Shown here: one piece after another, positions 1 through 9,431 of the stretch | How positions within the stretch are numbered: position 1 is the stretch's first letter | Layout: each line of letters starts with the position of its first letter | UHGV virus genome: UHGV-0144131 | Strand: one strand, 5' to 3' | Origin: a virus | Length of the DNA stretch: 39,499 nucleotides | Notes under the pieces: generated by a model | What the model saw: only the letters and a program-made list of their open reading frames with translations | What the model was told of the DNA's origin: nothing | Databases searched by the model: none | Made by a program: the position numbers and the translations under genes

Positions 1-49
1 TTAAGATTTTCCTATAAAATAATTAACACTCTACTTCCAGAGCAGAATA

Positions 50-518
<469 letters not shown>

Positions 519-1922
519 TTGAGAATGCCGCGCACTGTAACACATAATCCGGATAGCCCCAATAATGACGATGTTTTAGCCGCTTCTGAAAAATGGGACG
601 CCTGTAAACCCCCCTATACCAGCGCACACATGAAAATCTGTGTTGCTGCCGCCAAAATCATCCTCGCTGCTTCCGGCGTGGCTCGCCGTTCCAAATACGA
701 AAAAGAGAACTATCTCCGTATCGATTTCAGCAAAGCCGGTAAGGTTACATTTTACGCCGAGTTTCCAAAAAAGATGGGCCTCAAAGGTAAAAAGCTCGGC
801 GAGTGGCCGGAGCTCGCTATCCAGCTGGCGCGCGAAAAAGCACTAGGTATGGCTGACGGTGGACTGCGGGCAGAGTCCGTACATGCAGCGCTGGAAATGT
901 ACCGGGATGACCTCAAAGCCAAAGTAGCCCGTCAGAAGCTGAGCCCGGACAGTTTCACAACCTACGGGGTGCGTATCGACCGGATTAAATCAACGTTCGG
1001 CGAGCGCGAGGTGTTCAGCGACGTAACATACAGTCGGCTGGTGGAAGTGCTGGACGAGTGGATCGCCACTCGCTCGAACAATAACGCCCTGGAGTTGTTT
1101 GCCGAGCTCCGTCGGTTCTGGAAGTTCTGCGCACCTACTCTTTGCAACGGCCGCAATGTTGCCGCCAGTCTGCCAGATGATTATGTTTCCTCCCGCGTAC
1201 AGAAACCTACCCCCACACGGCTTTTTACCGATATTGAATCAATCGCCCGACTCTGGCTCAATGTTGCTGCCTGCACCTCTGTACACCAGAAGAATGCTGT
1301 TCGCTTCATGATCATCACTGGTGTTCGTCCGATTAATGTCCATAACCTGCGCTGGGACTACGTTCACGAGGAGGCTGGTGAAATTGTTTATCCGGAAGGG
1401 GTTATCGGCATGCGAGGGGCTATGAAAACACAAAAGGCTTTCCGCCTGCCGATAACGCCTGAGATCCGGCGGATTATCGACGAGCAGAAAGCCTGGCGTG
1501 ATTCAGTTCCTGAGTGCAACAGGGATTATGTATTTTTGCAGCCACGTGATCCAATGCAGCCATTTTCAAAACGATCACTGGATAAGCTGGTGAAAACATA
1601 CAGCCCGGACGGGGCTGTAAAAGGAATAAAACATGATGGGACTGTTAAAGGGAAAGACGGTGCATTTAATACGATGTGCCGTAAATTCCTTAAGAGCAAT
1701 GTTATTGCCTTGATGAAGGAAAGAGGCTATTCCCGCTCAGACCGAAGGGAAATCAGCCTCCTTTGCCTTCACCACTCCAGCAAGTCAGATGACCCGATGG
1801 CAGAACATTACGACTTTTCTGATGAGATTTTACAGGAAGAGATTGCGTTGAAGCGCGAAGCTTTCGAGGCTCACGAGCGGAGCATACTTGCGCAGGTGGC
1901 ATTGCTACGGCGGCGAGGTTAA
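519..1922 (+). CDS. int: Phage integrase, tyrosine recombinase family
   Basis: 467-aa ORF directly beside the host junction and convergent with a small Xis-like gene, as in prophage int-xis modules. The start may be internal. Tyrosine-recombinase family is inferred from position and size; catalytic motifs were not confidently located by eye. Confidence 0.8.
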   Translation: MRMPRTVTHNPDSPNNDDVLAASEKWDACKPPYTSAHMKICVAAAKIILAASGVARRSKYEKENYLRIDFSKAGKVTFYAEFPKKMGLKGKKLGEWPELAIQLAREKALGMADGGLRAESVHAALEMYRDDLKAKVARQKLSPDSFTTYGVRIDRIKSTFGEREVFSDVTYSRLVEVLDEWIATRSNNNALELFAELRRFWKFCAPTLCNGRNVAASLPDDYVSSRVQKPTPTRLFTDIESIARLWLNVAACTSVHQKNAVRFMIITGVRPINVHNLRWDYVHEEAGEIVYPEGVIGMRGAMKTQKAFRLPITPEIRRIIDEQKAWRDSVPECNRDYVFLQPRDPMQPFSKRSLDKLVKTYSPDGAVKGIKHDGTVKGKDGAFNTMCRKFLKSNVIALMKERGYSRSDRREISLLCLHHSSKSDDPMAEHYDFSDEILQEEIALKREAFEAHERSILAQVALLRRRG

Positions 1923-2119
1923 TACTGGCTGCGACATTTTTGAATAAAAGCGTCGACATTTCGGCGCTCATAACGAACTACTTTTGCACTGAAACGAATT
2001 GGTGCCAGGATAGCCCGATGACGATGCTTAATATTCCACTCACATAGCGTTTTCTGTGTAATACCTAACTTTTGGCATACTTCATCCGGGGTGAGTAAAT
2101 CGTCGGGTTTCTCGCTCAT
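1919..2119 (-). CDS. xis: AlpA/Xis-like excisionase or DNA-binding regulator
   Basis: 66-aa protein with a helix-turn-helix-like segment (LTPDEVCQKLGITQKTLCEW) and a basic C-terminus, resembling the AlpA family; lies next to int. Confidence 0.65.
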   Translation of the reverse strand: MSEKPDDLLTPDEVCQKLGITQKTLCEWNIKHRHRAILAPIRFSAKVVRYERRNVDAFIQKCRSQY

Positions 2120-3528
2120 GCTATACCTCTCTTTTTCATGGCATCGAGCAGGATGTCCTGCACTGTTCGTTTTGAGTTGCGCCGCTCCATCACCATTTCG
2201 TCCATAGTGTCGGCAGCAATAATGTGGTGAATAAATACCGGACGATTGTGTCCGGCCTGTATCTGCCTGGTGGGGCCGATACGTTCAATAATTTGCTGAT
2301 ATTGCTCCAGGTCCCACCAGTGTGAGAAAAATACCAGTATATTTCCGCCGTCCTGCATGTTCAGGCCGTGGCCCGCGCTGGCTGGGTGTGCAAAGAGAAC
2401 AGGAATCTTTCCGGAATTCCAGTCGCGCAGTGTCTGTGGATCCTGGTCGAGGTGACGACCGCGAGGGAATGCTTTAAGCAAGCGTTCAAGATCGTGTTTC
2501 CAGTGATAAGCAACCAGCACAGGTGCGCCAGCTGCTTCGGTCAGTATGCTGTCCAGCGCCTGTAGTTTGGTGTCATGCAGTTCTGACCAACTTCCGGTGT
2601 CGTCTGTGTATACTGCGCCACTGGCGATTTGAAGACACTTCAGTGTCTTTGCCGCGGCGTTCGGTGCTTCGATGCCTTCGCTATTCAGCTCGAGGAACAT
2701 TTCCTTTTCCATTTCACGATACTGCTGACGGGCCTTCGGGGGCATATCCACGCGGATTACGTTATGGATGGGGTCTTTGATATCGAACCAGTCGGCCGCA
2801 TCCAGCGAGAGGGTCACATCGGCTAATGCTCGCTGTATTTCACCCTGTGAGTGAGCAAAAGGTTCCAGTTTAGTCCAGCTCTGTCCCGGAAACTGTATCG
2901 AGTTGAACCAGCGTGAGGTAAACGCACCGTAAGTGCGCCCGAGACGTTGCCCCTGGTCCACAAACCACGCTTGTCCCCACAAATCTACCAGGCCGTTCGG
3001 TGCTGGCGTACCGGTGAGATTTATCCAGCGCCGGACATACTTATGCGCCACTTTGCCTAGTGCCGCAGCGCGCTTACCACCACCTCGTAGCCGGAAGGAT
3101 TTTAGCCGGGTGCTTTCATCTGGAATAACAGTACCGAACGGCCATCGTTCTCCCAATTCCTCAACCAGCCAGACAAGGTTATCGTAGTTGATGGTGAACA
3201 CGCTCGCGTTGCTGTTCGCCAGCGCCGTAGAGCGCGCTTTGGCGTTACCGATAATCGGCTGTACCTCAATATTACGCAGGTGCCCCCATTTAACAGCTTC
3301 ATCAGGCCAGGTGCTTGCTGCAACGCGTAGCGGCGCGAGGACCAGTGCGGGGCGTGTTTCTGCCCCTGCCATAAAGAGATCTTCCAGCGTAGTGAGCGTT
3401 GCCACGGTTTTACCCATTCCCATTCCTGCCCAAATATTGCAGCGGGAAATACCTATTTCGTGATTAATAATTAGTTCTTGGTATAACCGGGGGGTAAAAG
3501 ATATCATAACAAGAGATAACCTATACAC
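2116..3528 (-). CDS. SNF2-family DEAD/DEAH-box helicase
   Basis: 470 aa with a Walker A motif (GMGMGKT), a DExx box (VIPDESTRLK) and C-terminal helicase-like motifs. Start may be the internal Met at 3507. Confidence 0.8.
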   Translation of the reverse strand: MYRLSLVMISFTPRLYQELIINHEIGISRCNIWAGMGMGKTVATLTTLEDLFMAGAETRPALVLAPLRVAASTWPDEAVKWGHLRNIEVQPIIGNAKARSTALANSNASVFTINYDNLVWLVEELGERWPFGTVIPDESTRLKSFRLRGGGKRAAALGKVAHKYVRRWINLTGTPAPNGLVDLWGQAWFVDQGQRLGRTYGAFTSRWFNSIQFPGQSWTKLEPFAHSQGEIQRALADVTLSLDAADWFDIKDPIHNVIRVDMPPKARQQYREMEKEMFLELNSEGIEAPNAAAKTLKCLQIASGAVYTDDTGSWSELHDTKLQALDSILTEAAGAPVLVAYHWKHDLERLLKAFPRGRHLDQDPQTLRDWNSGKIPVLFAHPASAGHGLNMQDGGNILVFFSHWWDLEQYQQIIERIGPTRQIQAGHNRPVFIHHIIAADTMDEMVMERRNSKRTVQDILLDAMKKRGIA

Positions 3529-3549
3529 ATTCTGAGATTAGGGGTTAAA

Positions 3550-4170
3550 ATGGATATTTGGGAAAAAAGTAAAATTATTATATTTTTGCTTTTCGTTATT
3601 CCTGGTTTTATAAGTATGAAAGTTTATAGTGTTATTCATCCTAATACCGCTTTTGATACTTCTAAAGCGATTGTGGAAATTGTTTCTTATAGCTGTATAA
3701 ATTACGCAGTATGGTTTGCTCCTATATATTTTATAGAATCTGAGGGTGTATATCTCAAACATCCTGTTCTTTATTGTGCTTTATACTTGGTGATTTTATT
3801 CATTAGCCCAATATTGTTAACGATATTTTTCTCTTGGATGCGAACTTGGCGTTGGTTATGTAATTATATGCCACATCCTACCGGAAGAGCTTGGGATTAT
3901 TTCTTTGGGTTAAAAGTCCCCTGTTGGATGATTATTACGCTAAAAAATGGTAAAAAAATAGCAGGCAAGTTTGGGGCTAACTCATTTGCTTCCAGTGCAC
4001 CAGAGCCAGAGCAAATTTATCTTGAGGAACATTGGGTTCTAAACGATGATGGGGGATTTGAACGCCCTCGAGTTTCAACATTAGGAATATTAATTTTAGG
4101 TAACGATATAGAAAATTTAGAGTTTTTCCGTTTTGAACTACCAACATGCAATAATGGAGAAAGCAACTGA
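3550..4170 (+). CDS. AT-rich membrane protein of unknown function (accessory cargo)
   Basis: 206 aa; N-terminal half has hydrophobic helices (IIIFLLFVIPGFISMKVYSVI, LYCALYLVILFISPILLTIFFSW), C-terminal half is soluble. Visibly AT-rich and transcribed opposite to the surrounding operon. RBS AGGGG upstream of ATG. Confidence 0.6.
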   Translation: MDIWEKSKIIIFLLFVIPGFISMKVYSVIHPNTAFDTSKAIVEIVSYSCINYAVWFAPIYFIESEGVYLKHPVLYCALYLVILFISPILLTIFFSWMRTWRWLCNYMPHPTGRAWDYFFGLKVPCWMIITLKNGKKIAGKFGANSFASSAPEPEQIYLEEHWVLNDDGGFERPRVSTLGILILGNDIENLEFFRFELPTCNNGESN

Positions 4171-4313
4171 TGTCAGATACCAAAAGAAGTTATAAGGAAG
4201 ATGGATATACCCCTATTGAAAAAGGGTATCAGCCTAAAAATGACTTGGCTAATAATGGTTTTCAACCTTCGAAGCAAACTTCCCAGCCAGCTCCACCACC
4301 CAAAAAACCATAA
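4170..4313 (+). CDS. Small Lys/Pro-rich hypothetical protein, translationally coupled to the membrane protein
   Basis: 47-codon ORF (MSDTKRSYKEDGYTPIEKGYQPKNDLANNGFQPSKQTSQPAPPPKKP) whose ATG overlaps the upstream stop as TGATG. Too short for the supplied ORF track; hand-translated. Confidence 0.3.
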   Translation: MSDTKRSYKEDGYTPIEKGYQPKNDLANNGFQPSKQTSQPAPPPKKP

Positions 4314-4619
4314 CTAAGTATTGGGGGGAATAATTCCCCCCAGCTCTTTGCTATCCAGTACCACCACGGTAAAGCCCAGCTTTCGCAGACGTTCATGTGT
4401 GCGCAACTGGTCAGGTCGTGGTGGTTTGCCGGGGGATTTACATTCAACGAAAACGATGCGACCGCCGGGTAGCAGAACAATGCGATCCGGTACCGAGCGG
4501 CGACCGGGAGATACGAACTTAAAGGCAACCCCGCCAGCTTTTTTCACTTCAGCGACGAGATGCTTTTCGATAAGGCTTTCACGTTCATAGGCCATCATCC
4601 ACCGCCTTACGCTTTTCAC
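4314..4619 (-). CDS. VRR-NUC domain nuclease
   Basis: About 95-101 aa with a PD-(D/E)xK-like core (PDRIVLLPGGRIVFVECKSPGKPPRPDQL), typical of small phage VRR-NUC proteins. The likely start is an internal Met around 4598, which would remove the overlap with the next gene. Confidence 0.7.
   Translation of the reverse strand: MKSVRRWMMAYERESLIEKHLVAEVKKAGGVAFKFVSPGRRSVPDRIVLLPGGRIVFVECKSPGKPPRPDQLRTHERLRKLGFTVVVLDSKELGGIIPPNT
4322..4340. terminator. GC hairpin, candidate bidirectional terminator
   Basis: GGGGGGAATAATTCCCCCC is a perfect inverted repeat between the + strand cassette and the - strand VRR-NUC gene. Confidence 0.4.
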
Positions 4620-4806
4620 GCATGTTCTGCATCAGGCAAGAATCAGCCCGGCGCTCTCTCCAGTCCTGATTAAGTTCGTTACGTGATTCACGGTTTGCTT
4701 TGGCCCAGACCTTCGCCGCCCGGTCATACCCGCCGGACTGCTCAAGGCGCAAAGCCTCCTGTGCAGTCCGATAATAAAGCGGACTGTCCCGATATTTAAA
4801 TGACAT
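4585..4806 (-). CDS. Hypothetical phage protein
   Basis: ORF 4585..4836; I place the start at the internal Met (MSFKYRDSPLYY, 4806) because the longer start lies inside the 4821..4848 hairpin and a GAGG RBS precedes the internal ATG. Confidence 0.5.
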   Translation of the reverse strand: MSFKYRDSPLYYRTAQEALRLEQSGGYDRAAKVWAKANRESRNELNQDWRERRADSCLMQNMREKRKAVDDGL

Positions 4807-4820
4807 AGGGGTTACCTCAA

Positions 4821-4848
4821 ATAAATACCCCTGCATTTGCAGGGGTAT
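4821..4848. terminator. Perfect 13-bp-stem hairpin, candidate bidirectional terminator
   Basis: AAATACCCCTGCA-TT-TGCAGGGGTATTT lies immediately downstream of the TIR-like gene stop on the - strand. Confidence 0.5.
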
Positions 4849-4871
4849 TTACTTTTTAGAAAAATGATTGA

Positions 4872-5633
4872 TTAAGATGAAGCGTTCGCTATTTGAGCTT
4901 CATTAAATGTGAAACCGGCCTGTTTAAGGCGCTGGATTAAGCGAGGTACAGTTTCTCGAACATGATCATTAAAGTTGAGATAAAGAATACCCGCAGCATC
5001 AGAAGGCTGTTCAAGGTGTTGCTTCTGCAAGATGACCACGTTACTGCGGCCGAGTGATGATAACAACATCCCCATTTCTAGAACTACATTTTGACGAGCC
5101 CTGGGCAGGGCTGCTTCTTGACCGTCTCTTTTGGAGTATCCCACATCATCGGGAGTGAGAAGAACAATGCCGAAACGAGTCGCTGTCTGCCCTTGACCAA
5201 TTTCACGCTCCAGTTCTTCAATTATCGTAAGTCCAGTACCACCTGTATTCTGCAAAATAAAATGATCAGGTAACCCAAGCTTATGAAGAATGAGCTCAAG
5301 CTGCTCTTTTGCTGCATGGTCGTGACCGTGAACGATGAAAATCTTTTTGGCTGGCTCTTGAACCGGGGCTGGCTGAACTCGTTGAGCTGGCGCGTTACCC
5401 AAGTGTTCATTAATAATGGCTTCAACCTCTGGTTTTGCCGCTTGTGAGCCTTGAATCAAAATCGTTCCGGTGTGGTAAAGCGTTATGATGGCACCATTAC
5501 TTAAACGATAACAATCATGACCGGCTTTGTTTTCTTCTCCGGTAACATCAAATCCGGATTCGACTAAAAATTGACGAAAAGTTTCGACAGGGTGTGGGTA
5601 TTTGAGAGCCATTTCATTGAGATCCTGCATCAT
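4872..5633 (-). CDS. TIR-like nucleotide-binding domain protein with an N-terminal domain of unknown function
   Basis: 253 aa. The C-terminal ~150 aa begins KKIFIVHGHDHAAKEQLELILHKLGL...GIVLLTPDD, matching my recollection of the TIR-like family (COG4271/PF10137-type: hydrophobic strand + HG+D, conserved Gly, acidic patch). Tandem ATGATG start with AGGA RBS. Confidence 0.55.
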   Translation of the reverse strand: MMQDLNEMALKYPHPVETFRQFLVESGFDVTGEENKAGHDCYRLSNGAIITLYHTGTILIQGSQAAKPEVEAIINEHLGNAPAQRVQPAPVQEPAKKIFIVHGHDHAAKEQLELILHKLGLPDHFILQNTGGTGLTIIEELEREIGQGQTATRFGIVLLTPDDVGYSKRDGQEAALPRARQNVVLEMGMLLSSLGRSNVVILQKQHLEQPSDAAGILYLNFNDHVRETVPRLIQRLKQAGFTFNEAQIANASS

Positions 5634-5686
5634 TATTTTCCTATAAAATAAGCAATATTTAGCAAAGCAGCAATGACAGCGAGCAG

Positions 5687-7762
5687 CTAATCCTTACAGT
5701 AGTGGTACGCCTCAAAACCGCCAGCGTTCAGTGGGATATCGGGCGCCCATTCGGGGTTAGTGGAGAGAAGCGCGGAAAGCACTTTATCGTTGAAATCTTC
5801 TGTGTCAGGTGCTTCGGTGATCACCTCGTCGTGTACCGTCAACACAATGCTGTAACCGGCATCTTCGATAAGCGGCATGTTTCCGGCCAGAACGTCGCGG
5901 GCGGCCGCCTGGGTGACGTTCTCCACCAGCTTTCCGCCGTAGGTTTTGAGTCGTTGCCATTTACGCGAATAAGAGTTAACACCCATATAGGTGATATTCC
6001 CTTTTTCGATAACCGGAGACGGGTAGCATACAGCGCGTCCGGATGGTAGCTGTATGCGCAGCCACGCGCCATCACGTCGGATTTTAAGATAACCGCAATA
6101 CAATGTTTTTTGCGGTGTGGCGATTGCTGTGCGGACAGTGCGCTCCAGCTCGTACCAGAAATCGCAGGTCGCCGGGTGCGCCCTGCGCCACAGGCGCTTG
6201 AGCGAGTCACATGCGATGAATACACGCTCGGAAAGGCCAAAGGTCGACTTACGTTTAACCGATTCGTCGTACCAGCTTTTCGCCTCGCGGATAACATCGC
6301 GGGGAATGTTTGGCAGTGCGGCGTTCGCCAGCTCGTCGAGATCGAGACCGTAAACCAGAGCAAAAGTGATGAAAGCCGATACACCACCTCCATAACCCAG
6401 ACCGAGTTCCATGACTTTACCGATCTGACGCATGTGTTTATCAACATCATCTGGTGCAATATCGAAAGCTTTTGCATACGCCAGTTTATATAAGTCCGGA
6501 CCCGTTCCGGCGTCGTACTCTCTGAATGCATTCAGTTTCCATTCTTCTCCCGCCAGCCATGCCAGCATACGGCCTTCAATGTTTGACAAGTCACTTACCA
6601 CCAGTTTTTTGCCTGTTGGCGCGATAATGCAGCCACGTAACGCTGAACTGGTTAGTTCCATGATATTGTCAAACAGCAGGTCTGCACATCCGGCTTTCAG
6701 TGCTTCGATGCCTTCGTCTATTTGTTCCTGTTTTAGTGAAGGGCGGGGAAGGTTCTGGGGCTGGAATAGCCGTCCGGCCCAACGACCGGTACGTGACGCC
6801 CCGCAGAACTGTAGCGTACCGCGTAAGCGCCCGTCGTGGCTTACGCCTTTCATCAGTGCCTTGTATTTACTGGTGCTGGTAGTACTGGCTTGCAGGCGGA
6901 TAGCCAGCAGTTCTTTCACGGCAGATGGTAAATCGGGGTCGGCAATACGACGTTCCAGAGTACTGCGTTGCATGTCTGGTAGCTCCACACTGTAGGATTC
7001 AACAATGTGCTTAATCAACGCGTCCCGTTGTGTGGCTGCCTGCACTTCGCCATCAGTCATTTCCTGTGTACGCTTTGCCAGGCGCTTTTGCTCCTGGTCT
7101 ACCGCTTCGATCGCAGCGCGCGCGAGTTGCATGTCCATGCAGACGCCCCGGTCGTTGATCTGCTGATCACGATGCCAGAGCGCCAGCTCTGTCCCCTGAT
7201 AATTCCACTTCGGCAGACGTTTATAGACTTCGCGCATTGCCTCGATATCCAGTCCGGCGTAAGCAACAAAGCGCCGCCATTCTTCCGGGTGGGTTTTGCT
7301 GGTGGCACGGCGCAGTTTGCTGTTTTTCGGGCGGGGCTTACAGAACAGCTGGATCAGCGCTTTACCTTCTTTGTCCTTCGCTTTGTCTTGCGGGACGCCG
7401 AGTATTTCGCAGAGTTCCCCCAGAGACCCCGGGAGACCATGCGCCAGCGCCTGTACCATTGTGTCTCGCCAGCGTTTGGCACTACCTGCAACAACACATT
7501 GGGGAGTGTGCAGTAATGCATGGCGCAACATGGTGCGATCGAAATGGCTGTTGTGTGCATATATTAGTACGCTCTCATCGCTGAGAGCTGTCAGTAGTCG
7601 TGTCGGCAAGTTATAGTCTGTGGTTAAATCGTGTACGCTGACGGGGTCTTCGTCGATTGCCCATGCGAATAACATGATTTCGACTCCTTCTGCATAGACA
7701 TGGGTGCCGTTTTTTATTGGGATTTCGCTGAAAGTTTCGAGGTCTAACCAAAGTTTTTGCAT
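5687..7762 (-). CDS. Family-A DNA polymerase with 3'-5' exonuclease domain
   Basis: N-terminus has exo motifs ([16 protein letters not shown]); central and C-terminal parts have Pol A-like motifs ([15 protein letters not shown]). Start set at the ATG at 7762 ([11 protein letters not shown]); the longest ORF begins with TTG at 7804 inside the 7797..7813 hairpin. Confidence 0.85.
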   Translation of the reverse strand: MQKLWLDLETFSEIPIKNGTHVYAEGVEIMLFAWAIDEDPVSVHDLTTDYNLPTRLLTALSDESVLIYAHNSHFDRTMLRHALLHTPQCVVAGSAKRWRDTMVQALAHGLPGSLGELCEILGVPQDKAKDKEGKALIQLFCKPRPKNSKLRRATSKTHPEEWRRFVAYAGLDIEAMREVYKRLPKWNYQGTELALWHRDQQINDRGVCMDMQLARAAIEAVDQEQKRLAKRTQEMTDGEVQAATQRDALIKHIVESYSVELPDMQRSTLERRIADPDLPSAVKELLAIRLQASTTSTSKYKALMKGVSHDGRLRGTLQFCGASRTGRWAGRLFQPQNLPRPSLKQEQIDEGIEALKAGCADLLFDNIMELTSSALRGCIIAPTGKKLVVSDLSNIEGRMLAWLAGEEWKLNAFREYDAGTGPDLYKLAYAKAFDIAPDDVDKHMRQIGKVMELGLGYGGGVSAFITFALVYGLDLDELANAALPNIPRDVIREAKSWYDESVKRKSTFGLSERVFIACDSLKRLWRRAHPATCDFWYELERTVRTAIATPQKTLYCGYLKIRRDGAWLRIQLPSGRAVCYPSPVIEKGNITYMGVNSYSRKWQRLKTYGGKLVENVTQAAARDVLAGNMPLIEDAGYSIVLTVHDEVITEAPDTEDFNDKVLSALLSTNPEWAPDIPLNAGGFEAYHYCKD

Positions 7763-7791
7763 CAAGTAAGGACCCGTTGGATTTAATAAAT

Positions 7792-7818
7792 AAAAAGCCG
7801 CCAAAATGGCGGCTTTTT
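7792..7818. terminator. Rho-independent, bidirectional terminator
   Basis: AAAAAGCCGCC-AAAAT-GGCGGCTTTTT: GC stem flanked by an A-run and a T-run, directly after the SIR2-like gene stop and before the polymerase start. Confidence 0.6.
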
Positions 7819-7838
7819 ATAACCGAAGTTAAGAATGC

Positions 7839-9341
7839 TTAATATGATAAATAATCATACAAGCATAAAAGTCGCCTGTATTGGGTATCAATTTTATGCC
7901 CTGGTTTTGTTAAATAATCTCGTAGTTGTTTCAATGAAATAGTATCGTTTAGTACGCAATACATAATCGTGTTAGCAACTTTATACTCTTTCGTTTCTTT
8001 TAGTATTTCATCAATAGACACAGCCTCACTCTTACATGTTTTAATTCGAGAAAGGTTACCAATGATTTTATCTAGCTGCCGTTTTCTGTATGTCTCGGTA
8101 TTTTCTAGTTCAGGGCAGATAGAACTAAAAGCGTATATTGGAAAGTGTTCGCTATTAGCTATGGTTTGCTTATTCAGTAATGCGATAAGCTGAGAGTTTG
8201 CTTCGTCAACTATTTTAAAATAGTTCTGTATCATTTCAGATTTTGTTTGATAAACATATTGTACGGTTCTTTCTGAACCAACAGCAATGACCATTTCATC
8301 ATTGCGAAGTTCATCTAAATTTTCTGTAATTTTAACCTTTATCTCACCACCACTTTTGATGGTACTCCAAACTTTTTGAACCTTTCTTATGTCCATTGCG
8401 GATACTGGCAAAACTAGTCCAGAGATGGCATCATATACAGCTTTGTAATTGTTTGTTTTTATTTTGTTTATTCTTATGATAGACATGCCTTCTATATCTA
8501 TGTCATGCTCCGTAATTTCAGTTGACATGCTGTCTTTTTCGTATTCAACCAAAAGGAAATTATCTTTTATCCTTTTTGCAAGTTCGGTATTTAAGTCAAC
8601 GTATGAGAATATGGTTTTTAATAAGTACTTAATGTTTTTATCGCTAATACTATACCCTATAAATATGATAGGGTTGTGTATGAATATTGAGAGTAATTGA
8701 GCGCGAATTAACTCATATTTATTGTCGAAGTTTGCGTAGTCTTCACCTGTGATAATTATGTTGTTAGGATCACTAACACAGCCATGTATTTTGTAAACTG
8801 AACCGTATGGGTTACTTAAAAGAATGTTGTTACCAATCAGTGGGTTAAATTCGAAGATATTCTCTACGAGTTGGTCGTAGTTTGTTGTAATGATGGAGCC
8901 TATGTTTTTTCTTGTTTTTATTAAGCTGTTTATTTCCTCCATCATTGACTCTTTTATCTTTAGGTCTTTAAGTATTGAAGTTAAATAAATTTTGAATCGA
9001 CTTAGTTTTTTTCCTTTTTTCATGTGCTCATAGAAAACATCATTGATGTCTTTGAACTTACCGTTACGGTCTTCTGCCAGCTTTTTATTAAAAATATCTT
9101 CAAGTTTTGTAGCTAAGATATCATATCGATAGTCGTCACCTTCTAGGCTTTCAGCTTTCAAATCGTAGTAAAACTCAGCATTACCGGTTAGTTCCATTGC
9201 GACACTCAAAAGAAGACCATCCCAGCTAAATGAGTTTTCTAGATACCGTAGGCTAAATCCTGTTCCAATGAATAGAACAGGGTGGTTTTTATAGTGACTT
9301 ACAAACTCTTGGATTTCCATACCGATTCTCAAAGTTGACAC
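7839..9341 (-). CDS. SIR2-like (SIR2_2 / ThsA-like) protein, candidate NAD+-consuming defence effector
   Basis: 500 aa. N-terminal ~280 aa carries motifs I associate with defence-type sirtuin domains: glycine-rich loop FIGTGFS, TTNYD, KIHG, then IFIGYSISD. C-terminal ~200 aa is unassigned. Strongly AT-rich; GTG start at 9341 with AGAGG RBS; own terminator at 7792..7818. Confidence 0.7.
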   Translation of the reverse strand: MSTLRIGMEIQEFVSHYKNHPVLFIGTGFSLRYLENSFSWDGLLLSVAMELTGNAEFYYDLKAESLEGDDYRYDILATKLEDIFNKKLAEDRNGKFKDINDVFYEHMKKGKKLSRFKIYLTSILKDLKIKESMMEEINSLIKTRKNIGSIITTNYDQLVENIFEFNPLIGNNILLSNPYGSVYKIHGCVSDPNNIIITGEDYANFDNKYELIRAQLLSIFIHNPIIFIGYSISDKNIKYLLKTIFSYVDLNTELAKRIKDNFLLVEYEKDSMSTEITEHDIDIEGMSIIRINKIKTNNYKAVYDAISGLVLPVSAMDIRKVQKVWSTIKSGGEIKVKITENLDELRNDEMVIAVGSERTVQYVYQTKSEMIQNYFKIVDEANSQLIALLNKQTIANSEHFPIYAFSSICPELENTETYRKRQLDKIIGNLSRIKTCKSEAVSIDEILKETKEYKVANTIMYCVLNDTISLKQLRDYLTKPGHKIDTQYRRLLCLYDYLSY

Positions 9342-9431
9342 GTAATACCTCTATAAAAACAAATAGCCGTAAAAATTCCAATAGCTTTTTGGATCTCGCC
9401 CGGCGTGTAACCGGGCGTCTATGAAGAAGGG

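Noticed and set aside
640-1433. Short ORFs within and antisense to the integrase gene
   Set aside because: Fully overlapped by the long integrase ORF in the expected position for a prophage int; translations are Ser/Ala/Arg-rich as expected for off-frame GC-rich sequence.
5702-7616. Many ORFs overlapping the DNA polymerase gene on both strands (for example 5839..6531 -, 6432..6995 +, 7007..7516 +)
   Set aside because: All are contained within the 690-aa polymerase ORF, which has clear exonuclease and polymerase motifs; none has an RBS or recognisable motif.
7969-8700. Plus-strand ORFs 7969..8193 and 8449..8700 antisense to the SIR2-like gene
   Set aside because: They lie wholly inside a longer, motif-bearing minus-strand gene; AT-rich DNA has few stop codons, and their translations are low-complexity Ile/Phe/Ser-rich.
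4821-9400. Calling the SIR2-like and TIR-like genes a canonical Thoeris operon
   Set aside because: They are separated by a 2-kb polymerase gene, differ markedly in base composition and each has its own terminator; kept only as a hypothesis in the findings.
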